Shown here: positions 1-9,333 of the stretch, piece after piece
How positions within the stretch are numbered: the first letter of the stretch is position 1
Layout: each line of letters opens with the position of its first letter
DNA from: an uncultured delta proteobacterium
GTDB lineage: Bacteria > Desulfobacterota > Binatia > UBA9968
Assembly (NCBI GenBank): GCA_963727625.1
Contig: CAVSHR010000007.1
Coordinates: 1 to 64,000 of the forward strand
DNA length: 64,000 nucleotides
Direction: 5' to 3'
Translations under genes and position numbers: made by a program
The notes under the pieces: generated by a model
Told to the model about the DNA's origin: nothing
What the model saw: the letters and a program-made list of their open reading frames with translations, nothing else
Database searches by the model: none

Positions 1-5
1 TAGTC

Positions 6-40
6 CGACCTTTTGGTCGAAGCTCTCGACGCGTTTGACG
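6..40. promoter_or_regulatory. Tandem palindromic enhancer-like sites (CGACC-N4-GGTCG plus a degenerate second site 21 bp away)
   Basis: CGACCTTTTGGTCG at 6-19 and CGACGCGTTTGACG at 27-40; the same pair and spacing recur at 1265-1299 upstream of a sigma54 core. Confidence 0.45.
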
Positions 41-290
41 AGCCTCTCATCGGTCCATTCTCGGAGCCATGTCATACAAACCGGGCGCAAGCGCGAAGCC
101 GTTCAAGCAAACGAAGGAACAATCTAACTTGGTGTCGCAGTCCTTGGGTTTTTCATTGTCGGCGACCACCGACGGAGGTCGCCGCAACGCTTCGCGACCG
201 AGTTGCCTGATAAATCAATCGAAATCCCGCGATTATTGCCGCGCGCCTTTTGCCAAGCCAATTAATCGCGGGTGCGACCCTCGTACAGTT

Positions 291-317
291 TCTTTTCAAA
301 GTGGTCTAAAATTAGAC
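291..317 (+). promoter_or_regulatory. Conserved TCTTTTCAA..GTCTAA-AA-TTAGAC motif (copy E of five)
   Basis: Perfect palindrome at 304-317, about 60 bp before ATG 378; related motifs at 13347, 28909, 38247 and 43634. Confidence 0.5.
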
Positions 318-377
318 AGTAATCCGATCAAGGACGGCGCAGGATGTAAATCAAACTGATTGCATTCTGAGGTACAG

Positions 378-965
378 ATGGAAACGATAGATAGCCAAAC
401 ATGGATAATCCTTGCAGTGGTTGTGGCCGTTGCTTTGACGGCGGTGGGAGCCTTTTTCTACCGGCGTAAGCAGTCCCATACGCTGCAAAAACATTACGGC
501 GCTGAATATGATCGAACCGTGGTTGAGTTGGGGAGTCGCACCAAGGCCGAATCGGAACTTAAGGCGCGCGAGAAGCGCGTCGAGCGGCTCGAACTTCTCC
601 CGCTGCCGGCGCCGGAAGCGGCGAGATTCGCTCAGGCCTGGCAAGAGTTACAAGCCCGATTCGTCGACAACCCCAAGGGGGTGGTGGTCCAAGCCGAACA
701 GCTGGTTCGTGAATTGATGGAAAAGCGGGGTTACCCGATGGGTGATTTCGAGCGGCGTGCGGGGGACATTTCGGTCGATCACCCGGAGGTTGTGGCAAAT
801 TACCGGGCGGCGCAGGCGATTGCGGAGCGCGATCAAGGTGGATCGGCGGACACCGAGGAGTTGCGCAAAGCGGTTGTGCATTACCGCGCCCTTTTCGATG
901 AGCTGCTCGAGGTAAGAGAGCCGAAACAAGAGATCGTCGCAGAGAAGCGCATCGCGGCGCGATGA
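378..965 (+). CDS. Conserved hypothetical protein with an N-terminal membrane anchor
   Basis: N-terminal TM (WIILAVVVAVALTAVGAFF) then a helical domain with FVDNP, RGYP and TEELRKAVVHYRALFDELL; GAGG RBS before ATG 378. Confidence 0.75.
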   Translation: METIDSQTWIILAVVVAVALTAVGAFFYRRKQSHTLQKHYGAEYDRTVVELGSRTKAESELKAREKRVERLELLPLPAPEAARFAQAWQELQARFVDNPKGVVVQAEQLVRELMEKRGYPMGDFERRAGDISVDHPEVVANYRAAQAIAERDQGGSADTEELRKAVVHYRALFDELLEVREPKQEIVAEKRIAAR

Positions 966-996
966 TCAAGATAAGGATACCGAGGAGGAAAACAAG

Positions 997-1213
997 ATGG
1001 ACCGAACTTACAAAAAAGTTGAAATCGTCGGCAGTTCAGAGACCAGCTTTGGCGACGCCACTCAAAATGCCATAGCCAAGGCCTGCCAGTCGCTGCGCCA
1101 TGTGGACTGGTTCGAGGTGACCGGAAATGCGCGGGTTGGTTGAAAAGGACAAAGTCAAGGAATTCCAGGTCACCGTGAAGATCGGCTCTCGGCTTGAAGA
1201 TCAGCCGGTTTGA
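997..1213 (+). pseudogene. Dodecin (flavin-binding), +1 frameshift
   Basis: MDRTYKKVEIVGSSETSF..AIAKA..SLRHVDWFEVT, extra G at 1123-1124, then EMRGLVEKDKVKEFQVTVKIGSRLE; strong GAGGAGG RBS. Confidence 0.85.
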
Positions 1214-1264
1214 AAAACAAATGGCTAAGCCAGAAATGAATTTCGCGATTTTGATTCGGCGGGC

Positions 1265-1299
1265 CGACCCTTTGGTCGAAGGGTTCGACGCTTTCGCCG
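1265..1299. promoter_or_regulatory. Tandem enhancer (UAS) candidate for a sigma54 activator
   Basis: CGACCCTTTGGTCG and CGACGCTTTCGCCG, 21 bp apart, 75-110 bp upstream of the -24 box. Confidence 0.55.
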
Positions 1300-1372
1300 C
1301 GGCTGCTTGCCGATTCACCGCAAGCCGTCTTGGAATGATTGAAGAAAATCGCCTTTGTCCGGCGCCAAGGCG

Positions 1373-1387
1373 CGGCACAACAGTTGC
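1373..1387 (+). promoter_or_regulatory. sigma54 (-24/-12) promoter
   Basis: CGGCACAACAGTTGC, GG-N10-GC, matches TGGCACG-N4-TTGC; upstream of ATG 1433 and of an NtrC-family two-component system. Confidence 0.75.
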
Positions 1388-1432
1388 GCTAGAGACGGTT
1401 TAGTAAAAAATTTTAGTGGAGGATAAAAAGTT

Positions 1433-2326
1433 ATGAAGAGATTAAGATTAGTTCTATCACCGATGGTTACGGCAGCGGGTATCATGGCGCTGTCGGGTGT
1501 GGGCTTGGCTCAATCACCGAGTGAGTCACACCGTGCAGCGAGCGCAAGGGCGCATGAGATTATGTCCAGTGCCCCTTGCCCCTTGCCCAGGGTGACCAAG
1601 GATAAAATAACCGAGGACCAAGCCCGGGATCTGGCCCAAGGGTTTGCCGATAAAAACATGAACGGCTTCAAAGTCGTGCGGCCGGCCGGCTACGGCGGCG
1701 GCTATACCACCATGTGCTACCAGACCGCCAACACCGCTCCCTCACGGCCGCTGGTGTCATACTCGGTCGAGTACTCTATGGACCTGAAAAATCCAGCCGG
1801 CGAAATGCGCAATCTTTGCGTCGATCAGTACGGCACCGTGAGCGAGTTCTGCAGTGATTCCGGCGGCATGGCAGGTGCAATCGGCCCGATGGGTCCGATG
1901 GGACCAGCCGGCCCCATGGGTGCGCAAGGTGCAGCTGGACAAGCGGGCGCCCAGACCGTGGCAGCCAAGCAGTGGTCATCGTTCAAGAATTTTCTGTTCG
2001 ATTTCGACAAGTCGGACATTCGTTCCAACCAGATGAGCCATGTAACTGACATCGCCGCCTACATGAAGCAGAATCCGGCTGCCCAGGTGGCGATCGACGG
2101 CCACACCGATCCGCGCGGCACCGATGCGTTTAACCAAGGCCTGAGTGAGCGTCGTGTCAATACCATTAGCGATGAGCTGGTTAAGGCTGGAGTGTCGGTT
2201 AGCCGAATTCGTACCGGCGCCTTCGGCGAGTCACAGCCCACGTGTAATGACTCCACCGAAGCTTGTTGGCAGAGCGACCGCCGCGTCGAGGTTCTGATCG
2301 GCAGCGCCGAGACCGCGACCAGATAG
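1433..2326 (+). CDS. Secreted OmpA/Pal-like peptidoglycan-binding protein with a PepSY-like N-domain and a collagen-like linker
   Basis: Signal peptide; ITEDQARDLA..VDQYG; nine G-X-Y triplets; FDFDKS..GHTD.RG...NQGLSERR..RRVE OmpA C-domain. Confidence 0.85.
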   Translation: MKRLRLVLSPMVTAAGIMALSGVGLAQSPSESHRAASARAHEIMSSAPCPLPRVTKDKITEDQARDLAQGFADKNMNGFKVVRPAGYGGGYTTMCYQTANTAPSRPLVSYSVEYSMDLKNPAGEMRNLCVDQYGTVSEFCSDSGGMAGAIGPMGPMGPAGPMGAQGAAGQAGAQTVAAKQWSSFKNFLFDFDKSDIRSNQMSHVTDIAAYMKQNPAAQVAIDGHTDPRGTDAFNQGLSERRVNTISDELVKAGVSVSRIRTGAFGESQPTCNDSTEACWQSDRRVEVLIGSAETATR

Positions 2327-2387
2327 CGGGCAAGATTGATGAGTCTGGCGCAGCGAGTCTTAAAGCCAGATAGATCAACCGACGAAC

Positions 2388-2420
2388 GACCCCTGGGACC
2401 AACTGGCCCCGGGGGTCTTT
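2388..2420 (+). terminator. Probable intrinsic terminator
   Basis: GACCCCTGGG...CCCGGGGGTC GC-rich stem followed by TTT. Confidence 0.5.
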
Positions 2421-2438
2421 GCGTCTTAGCGAGTCATC

Positions 2439-4187
2439 GTGATTAGGAATTTACCGTCCATACGAAGGGGTTTTTTACCCCGCCACTTTATCGCGTCGGG
2501 TCTGCTGCTGCTCGTCCTGGCGTCTGTCTATGCTTTTTTTGAAGCTAAAAGGCTTCAGCAGGTGCTCCTGCGCCAGACCGAGGAAAAGGGGACGGTATTG
2601 GCCAAGGCCATGGAGAGCAGTGTTAGAAACGCCATCGTCAGCAACGCTCTGTTAGAAAATCTGATCCGGCAGCGTTTGGTGGATAATGCCCGGCTGATCG
2701 ACCAACTGCTGGTCTCCCGTCATGTCGACCAAGAAATGCTGAAAGAGATCAGCGCCATGAACCGCCTGCAAAAAATCGATCTCCTCGATGCACAGGGCCG
2801 GCCCTGGAAACTTGCCGCACTGCCAGCCGCGATAGAAAGGAAAACAGCGCAACAGGGAACGCTTGAGCCGGGCGCGCAGACGATCAGTTTCGCCTGGGGC
2901 AAGCGCTGGCGGCTGCCCACGGACAAAGCCGAAGCAACGACGGCGGCGCCGCCAGCCATCGAGAACAAAGATTTCTGGAAGGGCAGCGCCTTTGGCGTCG
3001 CCGTTAGAGCGCGCAGTTTTCCCGGCATCATCGCGATCCACGCCAATGCCGACTATATTTTCAACTTCGAGAAAGCGATCGGCGTGCAAAGTCAGATCGA
3101 GGACCTCGGCCACCAATCGGACAGTGAGTTCGTCGCTTTTCTCGATAGCAATCTGAATATCGTAGCACATACCGACCGGCGCCGGATCGGCCAAAAAGAA
3201 AAAGAACCGCTGGTGTTGAAAGCCAAAGTCGACCGCCAGCTTTTCAGTCAGATCGTCGATGGTAGCGGGGGCAAACGGTACCTTGAAGTGGTCAAGCCGG
3301 TCACCCTCGACGAATCCAATATGGGCTTCCTTAAGTTGGGTTTGTCGCTTGGATCGATGGATGTCGCCTGGCGCAACAGCGTGCGCGCCATCGTTGTTCT
3401 CGCCCTGGCGATCCTGGGCGCGGGTATTCTTGGCATGGCGGCGATTTTTCAAAACCAGCAAACCCACATGCTCGAGGTCAAAGCGCTGGAGGCCGAAGTG
3501 TTGCATCGCGAGCGTCTTTCGGCGCTGGGAAACATGGCCGCAACTGTTGCGCACGAGATCAGAAACCCGCTCAATACCATTGCGATGGGACTGCAACGTC
3601 TCAATGTGGAGTTTGAGCCGGCCGACGACCCGGTGCACTATTCCCAGCTGACCGAGCTGATGCTCGGTGAAGTGCACCGTCTCAATAAGATCGTGGAACA
3701 GTTCCTCTCGCTGGCACGCCCTCTCGAATTCAAAATCGAAGAGATGTTGGTGCCGGATGTCCTTCAAGAATTAGCTGCCTTGGTGGCGGACGAAGCCCGG
3801 CAATCGAAGGTGCAGATCCAAGTCGCCGCGCCGCCGACTCTGCCAGCGCTCAAGGCGGACCGCGAATATCTCAGACAAACGCTCCTCAACCTCATTCTCA
3901 ACGGATTACAAGCGATGCCCGAAGGTGGGACAATGAGCCTGGAGGCGGAAGTGTCGAAAGGCAATCTGCTAATCAGCGTCAAGGACAACGGGACCGGAAT
4001 TGCGCCGGAACACCTGGCGCGAATCTTTGACCCTTACTTCACGACCAAAACCAAAGGCTCCGGACTGGGGCTGGCGATCGCGTGCAGGATTGTCGAGGCC
4101 CAGGGCGGGAAGATCACAGTTGTCAGCAAGGTGGGCCAAGGGAGCCGCTTCCAGATTGCCCTGCCCATCAATCGTAAGGAGATTTAA
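2439..4187 (+). CDS. Sensor histidine kinase (ZraS/AtoS-like)
   Basis: Two TM segments, H-box AHEIRNPL, N box NLILNG, DNGTG, PYFTTK and GSGLGL. Confidence 0.93.
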   Translation: MIRNLPSIRRGFLPRHFIASGLLLLVLASVYAFFEAKRLQQVLLRQTEEKGTVLAKAMESSVRNAIVSNALLENLIRQRLVDNARLIDQLLVSRHVDQEMLKEISAMNRLQKIDLLDAQGRPWKLAALPAAIERKTAQQGTLEPGAQTISFAWGKRWRLPTDKAEATTAAPPAIENKDFWKGSAFGVAVRARSFPGIIAIHANADYIFNFEKAIGVQSQIEDLGHQSDSEFVAFLDSNLNIVAHTDRRRIGQKEKEPLVLKAKVDRQLFSQIVDGSGGKRYLEVVKPVTLDESNMGFLKLGLSLGSMDVAWRNSVRAIVVLALAILGAGILGMAAIFQNQQTHMLEVKALEAEVLHRERLSALGNMAATVAHEIRNPLNTIAMGLQRLNVEFEPADDPVHYSQLTELMLGEVHRLNKIVEQFLSLARPLEFKIEEMLVPDVLQELAALVADEARQSKVQIQVAAPPTLPALKADREYLRQTLLNLILNGLQAMPEGGTMSLEAEVSKGNLLISVKDNGTGIAPEHLARIFDPYFTTKTKGSGLGLAIACRIVEAQGGKITVVSKVGQGSRFQIALPINRKEI

Positions 4188-5576
4188 GTGGCTGAACCGT
4201 TTCGTATCCTCGTAGTCGACGACGAACTCGCCCAGCGCACCGTCGTATCGGGTTTTCTCGAAAAGCAGGGCTTCGATGTGACCTTAGCGGAAAGCGGTGA
4301 AAAGGCCTTGGAGCGGGTCCGTAAAGAATCCTTCGATTTGGTGCTCACGGACCAAAAGATGCCGAACATGTCGGGCTTGGATCTGCTACAGGCTATCCAC
4401 GCGATTAATCCTGAGACGGGCGTCGTTTTGATGACTGCATACGGGAGCATCGCCGCAGCCGTTTCCTGCATCAAAGGAGGAGCGATCGACTACCTGACCA
4501 AGCCGCTGAATTTGGATGAACTGCTTTTTCGAATTCGTCAGGCCGGCGAGCGCCGCCGGCTCTTCGTCGAGAATCGCGAGCTGCGGGAAACCCTGCAAGA
4601 ACGCCATCGCATAGAAGGAATCATCGGCGAGAGCGGGGCAATGCTTGAAGTCGTCTCTTTGGTGCGCCGGGTGGCGCCAAGTGAAGCGACGGTGCTGATT
4701 CGCGGCGAGACCGGAACAGGAAAAGAACTGATCGCCAATGCGATTCACTTTGCCAGTTCAAGAGCGCGCGGCCCGCTCGTGAAGGTCAACTGCGCGGCGC
4801 TTCCCGAAAATCTTCTCGAATCGGAATTGTTCGGCCATGAAAAAGGCGCCTTCACCGGCGCGGTCACTTCCCGCCAGGGCCGTTTTGAATTAGCCAATGG
4901 CGGGACGATCTTCCTCGACGAAATCGGCGACCTGCCCTTGCACCTGCAGGCGAAGCTGCTGCGCGTGCTGCAGGAGAGGGAATACGAGAAGGTCGGCTCC
5001 AGCCGTCCGGTCAAGGTCAACGTCCGGATTCTCACCGCCAGCCACCGGCCGCTGGAGGCGCTTATTAAAGCGGGAGAGTTGCGGGAGGATCTCTATTACC
5101 GGCTCAATGTAGTCACGATTCTCCTTCCGCCTCTGCGCGAGAGACGCTCGGATCTTTCGATGCTGATCGATCACTTCATGCGGTCCTTCGCGGAGAAGAA
5201 CGCCAAGACGATCCGCGGTCTTACTCAGGAGGCCCGCGATATTCTCTTGCGCTACGACTATCCGGGCAATGTCCGGGAGTTGGAAAATATTATCGAGCGC
5301 GCCGTGGTGCTCACCCGAGATGACGTCATTGGGCGGCACGATCTGCCGTTGACGGTTCAGGATCCGGAAATCGAGGAGAGTGACACTGAACCCAATCTCA
5401 CGGTCGCGGTGGAAGCGCTGGAGCGGCGCATGATCACCGCGGCCCTGGCCCGATCGGACGGCGTCCAAACCCGCGCCGCGGAGCGGCTCGGAACCAGTGA
5501 ACGGGGGCTGCGTTATAAGCTAATCAAATACGGTTTTCGAGAAGGAGAGTCCGAGTCGGAATCCTCGCAAAATTAG
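4188..5576 (+). CDS. sigma54-dependent response regulator (NtrC/ZraR/AtoC family)
   Basis: REC domain (VVDDE, D-QKMP), GETGTGKE Walker A, GAFTGA, FLDEIG, C-terminal Fis-type HTH. Confidence 0.95.
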   Translation: MAEPFRILVVDDELAQRTVVSGFLEKQGFDVTLAESGEKALERVRKESFDLVLTDQKMPNMSGLDLLQAIHAINPETGVVLMTAYGSIAAAVSCIKGGAIDYLTKPLNLDELLFRIRQAGERRRLFVENRELRETLQERHRIEGIIGESGAMLEVVSLVRRVAPSEATVLIRGETGTGKELIANAIHFASSRARGPLVKVNCAALPENLLESELFGHEKGAFTGAVTSRQGRFELANGGTIFLDEIGDLPLHLQAKLLRVLQEREYEKVGSSRPVKVNVRILTASHRPLEALIKAGELREDLYYRLNVVTILLPPLRERRSDLSMLIDHFMRSFAEKNAKTIRGLTQEARDILLRYDYPGNVRELENIIERAVVLTRDDVIGRHDLPLTVQDPEIEESDTEPNLTVAVEALERRMITAALARSDGVQTRAAERLGTSERGLRYKLIKYGFREGESESESSQN

Positions 5577-5644
5577 AATCGCTATGACACCCTGTTGGCG
5601 CACAGCGATTTGCCGAAACAGCTTTATTGGATTTGGAGAATGGT

Positions 5645-6133
5645 ATGGTCTCTAGCAAAAACCGGTCGGAAGGGTGGCGCCGTTTTCTTGGTCTCGAAGT
5701 CGAGGAGGATCCTATTGCCGTTGACTTCTTGCGCCGGCGATATGTCGAAGCGACGCAGCGCATCGGGCGGTTTAGACAGCATGCCGAGAAGATGCATTAT
5801 CCCCAGTATCGCGAGAAATTCCTCCGCATGGCCGAAGAAAAGAGCCGACAAGTGGCGCGGATCGGCGCAAAGATCGCCGCCCTCGGCGGTCAACTGCCGG
5901 ACGTCGCCGAGCTTCACTCGACGGAAGAAAACAGTTGGCAATCTTTGTCGATGGCGCTCGACGAAGAAAATCGCGCGGCCGACCTTCTGCCGGAGCAACT
6001 GCGGGAAATCGAATCCGCGCACCCCGACATCGCTCAATTTCTCCGCCAGATTTACCGAGAGCAAGAGAGCCATCGCAAGGAGATCAGGGACATGATGATG
6101 CGCAGCGATCCCTTTGCGCAATCGCTCGCTTAG
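5645..6133 (+). CDS. Ferritin-like four-helix protein
   Basis: Helical, EQESH motif; paralog of 8458-8943 with a shared C-terminus MRSDxFAQSLA. Confidence 0.75.
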   Translation: MVSSKNRSEGWRRFLGLEVEEDPIAVDFLRRRYVEATQRIGRFRQHAEKMHYPQYREKFLRMAEEKSRQVARIGAKIAALGGQLPDVAELHSTEENSWQSLSMALDEENRAADLLPEQLREIESAHPDIAQFLRQIYREQESHRKEIRDMMMRSDPFAQSLA

Positions 6134-6249
6134 GACGATGGCCGGCCTCCCTGCGGGCGCGTGCACCGTGGAACCCATGGCGAAATTTGCCGGGAGAGGC
6201 TCGATTACAGCGGCCGATATCAGCAGTGAAAAAGACTGAGGAGGTCACC

Positions 6250-6525
6250 ATGAGCGTCAATAACATTCCAAGAGACTGGTCGCCGATAGGTTTGTGGAAA
6301 GACGAATTCTCGCGAACCGCTCACCGGGGCTCGAAGCGCACCCCGGGGAAATCTGCCGATGTTAGAGACAAGCTAAGCGACTGGCAGCTCGTCTTTCTGC
6401 AGAGCAAAGCGAACGGCTGTTTCTACGATGTCGAGAAGCTTCTGCACTTTAATTGGCAGTGGCCGACGAACACCTGGTTTCAGGAGCGGCTAGTTCAACG
6501 ACTTAAAAATACCGGCGATGATTAA
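6250..6525 (+). CDS. Small hypothetical protein
   Basis: GAGGAGG RBS before ATG 6250; 91 aa; fills the gap before the phosphomannomutase gene. Confidence 0.5.
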   Translation: MSVNNIPRDWSPIGLWKDEFSRTAHRGSKRTPGKSADVRDKLSDWQLVFLQSKANGCFYDVEKLLHFNWQWPTNTWFQERLVQRLKNTGDD

Positions 6526-6546
6526 CCGCTGGCATGAAGACGATGC

Positions 6547-8277
6547 TTGCAGTCCAATCATACCGATAGCGAATCTAAATTGAGTTTGGCTTCGTTTCTA
6601 ATTTATACGCCGGTCCCGTTGACGTTTGGCACCAGTGGGCTGCGCGGCTTGGTCACGGACATCACCGACCTCGAAGCCTATATCAATGTCAAGGCGGCCC
6701 TGCGGTATTTATTGAGCATCGGCGATATTGGTGCGGGCAGCACGGTAGTCATCGCCGGCGACTTGCGGCCGAGCACCGATCGCATCATGCGCGCCTGCGC
6801 TCAAGCGATTATCGACTTGGGTTGCCAGGTGGAGAATGCCGGCAAGATCCCGACGCCCGCCTTGATACTCCGTTCCCTTTCTACCGGGCGCGCCGGCGTG
6901 ATGGTGACCGGCAGTCACATTCCCTTCGATCGTAACGGCATTAAGATCAATAAAAGCGTCGGCGAAATCTTGAAATCGGATGAAGCGGGGATCACCCGCG
7001 AGGTTGAGCATGTGCGCGTCGAAGAATACAGTCGTAACGCTACGACTTCAGCGTTCGACGCCCACGGCATGCTAAAAACAGCGCCCGAATTGCCGCCGCT
7101 CGATGGCGCCGCCGAACAAGCTTACGTGCGTCGATATCTCAGCAGCTTTGCCAGCGGCGGCCTCTCCGGTCTGAAAGTTCTCGTCTATCAACATTCGGCG
7201 GTGGGGCGCGATATCCTGCCGCGGATACTCCAAGAACTTGGCGCCGTGGTGTTGGCCGCCGGGCGCAGCGAAACGTTTATTCCCATCGATACCGAAAATA
7301 TCACCGACGAACAGCTCGATTGTTTGGAGGAGCTCGCCGTCGCTGCCGAAGCGAGCGGCCGGCCGCTCCACGCAGTTGTCTCTACGGACGGTGACTCCGA
7401 TCGGCCATTAGTTACGGCGGTTCTGCCTGCTGCCGAAGTCAAGCCTGGCGGGCGGCGCGTGCGTTTCCTGCCCGGCGACCTCTTAGGCCTCGTCGTTGCC
7501 GAGTATCTGCGCGCGGACGCGGCAGCGGTTCCGATCAGCGCCAATGATGCGGTCGAGCGCCGCTGGCGCGAGCGCAAAGTTACCCTGGAGAAAACGAAAA
7601 TCGGCTCGCCCTACGTCGTCTCCGCCCTCGACAGTTTACGCAGCGCCGCGACTTACCAACGCGTCGTCGGCTGGGAAGCGAACGGCGGCTTTTTGACCGG
7701 CAGCGATATCGCGCTGAATAAGGCGACCTTGGCGGCGCTGCCGACGCGCGATGCCACGCTGCCTATACTGGCCAATTTGTTTGCGGCGGCGGAGCAGGGA
7801 ATTAGCTTGAACGCTTTATGGGATCGCTTGCCCGCGCGGTTCGGACGGGCCGGCTTGATCGACAATTTTCCCGTCGCCGCGAGTCAAACTATTCTGGCAA
7901 ATCTTATTCCTGCCGGCGACGTGATCGAAGTGGAGTTCGATAACGCCGGGCAGGTCGTCGATCGGAGTCGCGCCGGCGTTGGCGGCGCGTTGCTTCCGGC
8001 ACCGGCGACGGCGGAGTGGCAGCTGGGCAAGACAACGCTGACGCGCTTTTTCACGACGGCCCTCGGTTTCGACGACATCGCGCGGATCAACGTCCTCGAC
8101 GGCGTGCGCGTCTATTTTCACAATGGCGATGTGGCGCACGTTCGGCCATCAGGCAACGCACCGCAGTTACGCGTCTACGCCAACAGCGGCTCCCAGGCGC
8201 GCGCGGATCAAATCGTGGAGCTTGCCCTGGCCGAACCCGACGGCATCTTGCGTCAACTGGAACGAGCGTTCACCTGA
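6547..8277 (+). CDS. Phosphomannomutase / alpha-D-phosphohexomutase (ManB-like)
   Basis: FGTSGLRG, TGSHIP (catalytic Ser), DGDSDR metal loop, GWEANGG, RPSGNAP. Confidence 0.9.
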   Translation: MQSNHTDSESKLSLASFLIYTPVPLTFGTSGLRGLVTDITDLEAYINVKAALRYLLSIGDIGAGSTVVIAGDLRPSTDRIMRACAQAIIDLGCQVENAGKIPTPALILRSLSTGRAGVMVTGSHIPFDRNGIKINKSVGEILKSDEAGITREVEHVRVEEYSRNATTSAFDAHGMLKTAPELPPLDGAAEQAYVRRYLSSFASGGLSGLKVLVYQHSAVGRDILPRILQELGAVVLAAGRSETFIPIDTENITDEQLDCLEELAVAAEASGRPLHAVVSTDGDSDRPLVTAVLPAAEVKPGGRRVRFLPGDLLGLVVAEYLRADAAAVPISANDAVERRWRERKVTLEKTKIGSPYVVSALDSLRSAATYQRVVGWEANGGFLTGSDIALNKATLAALPTRDATLPILANLFAAAEQGISLNALWDRLPARFGRAGLIDNFPVAASQTILANLIPAGDVIEVEFDNAGQVVDRSRAGVGGALLPAPATAEWQLGKTTLTRFFTTALGFDDIARINVLDGVRVYFHNGDVAHVRPSGNAPQLRVYANSGSQARADQIVELALAEPDGILRQLERAFT

Positions 8278-8348
8278 GGATCGTCGTAACCTTGTGAGGT
8301 ATTATTTCGAAGCAGTTTTACACCCCCCAATCTGCGGAGGCAGCGGGC

Positions 8349-8435
8349 ATGAGGCAAAATCGGCAATCTGACGGCGCGCTGACTCGACTGCCCACCGAAC
8401 TCGTCGATCGGCTGACAAGGCCGTTTGCGAGGTAA
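8349..8435 (+). pseudogene. 5' stub resembling the N-terminus of an NhaA Na+/H+ antiporter
   Basis: GGAGG RBS, then MRQNRQSDGALTRLPTELVDRLTRPFAR stop; RLP..VDRLT.PFAR normally precedes FLRIEAAGG in one NhaA subgroup. Confidence 0.5.
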
Positions 8436-8457
8436 CCCGGGCTGACAATCCCGCATC

Positions 8458-8943
8458 TCAAGCGAGAGATTGAGCGAACGCATCACTGCGCATGAGCATG
8501 TCGCGGATTTCGTCACGATGTTTCATTTCCTCTTTGGAAATCCCCTCCAGCAACACGGCGATGTCGGGATAGTCAGTTTGCACTGCCCGTATCTGCTCTG
8601 CCATGTCGCCTGCACAACGGCCTTCCTCCTTTAAATCCGTCAGCAGGTGTTGCCAACTACTTTGGTCTGTTGACGTTGGTTCTTCCCCTACTTCCGGCAG
8701 CATGCCGCCAAGGTCGATTATTTTTTTTGCCAGTAACCCGGCATGCTCCATTTCCGCCGCCGCGATGTGGAAAAGCCTTTCGCGAAACTGTGGATAATGC
8801 ATCTGACGGGCATGCTGAGTAAAATTTTTCGCGTGCTCGTTCTCATCGACATAGCGCTGGCGCAGAATGTCGAGGGCCGTACGCCGCGCTTCGTATCCAA
8901 TGCCTAAAAAACTTCGCCACCAATGGGATAGCTCAGTTCTCAT
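8458..8943 (-). CDS. Ferritin-like four-helix protein (second paralog)
   Basis: EMEH and EEMKH motifs; QHA..MHYPQFRE shared with 5645-6133. Confidence 0.78.
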   Translation of the reverse strand: MRTELSHWWRSFLGIGYEARRTALDILRQRYVDENEHAKNFTQHARQMHYPQFRERLFHIAAAEMEHAGLLAKKIIDLGGMLPEVGEEPTSTDQSSWQHLLTDLKEEGRCAGDMAEQIRAVQTDYPDIAVLLEGISKEEMKHRDEIRDMLMRSDAFAQSLA

Positions 8944-9253
8944 ATCCGAAGCCCCCTTCCGGTGAGTTAACCAGGTCATTTCACTTCACCAATCCTTGGA
9001 ATATGCATTATCCGCACCACGCTGCCGGCGACCGTCATTGAAATATCACAGGGCGCTTTGCGGGCCTTCTTGAAAAATGAATTAGCAAGTTTACCCACCT
9101 GGAAGGTTAAATAGAGAGCGAATCTTATTAGGCGTCTCGCTGCACTTCGCTTCGCTTTGCAGGATTGCGAAAAATCACGGCGCAACCTCGCAAAGGTGCG
9201 AACAGCTTTCGTCGATTCACCGAACCCTTCCAGCTCTTTTGGCGATCAGTCCG

Positions 9254-9268
9254 AGGCATGAGTTTTGC
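9254..9268 (+). promoter_or_regulatory. sigma54 (-24/-12) promoter candidate for the desaturase
   Basis: AGGCATGAGTTTTGC, GG-N10-GC, about 65 bp before ATG 9334; palindrome TCGCA-AAGG-TGCGA at 9188-9201. Confidence 0.55.
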
Positions 9269-9333
9269 CTATGGGTAAGGCAGGCTTGTGAACAAGAAAG
9301 GCGCGAAGGAATGAGCGGAAGAAAATCCAAACA

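Noticed and set aside
304-317. GTCTAA/TTAGAC palindrome as an integron attC site
   Set aside because: It resembles RYYYAAC/GTTRRRY cores but has no 40-120 bp internal arm or L boxes, and there is no integron integrase in the window
5935-6249. N-terminal extension of the 5935-6525 ORF
   Set aside because: It overlaps the ferritin-like gene out of frame; a strong RBS supports ATG 6250
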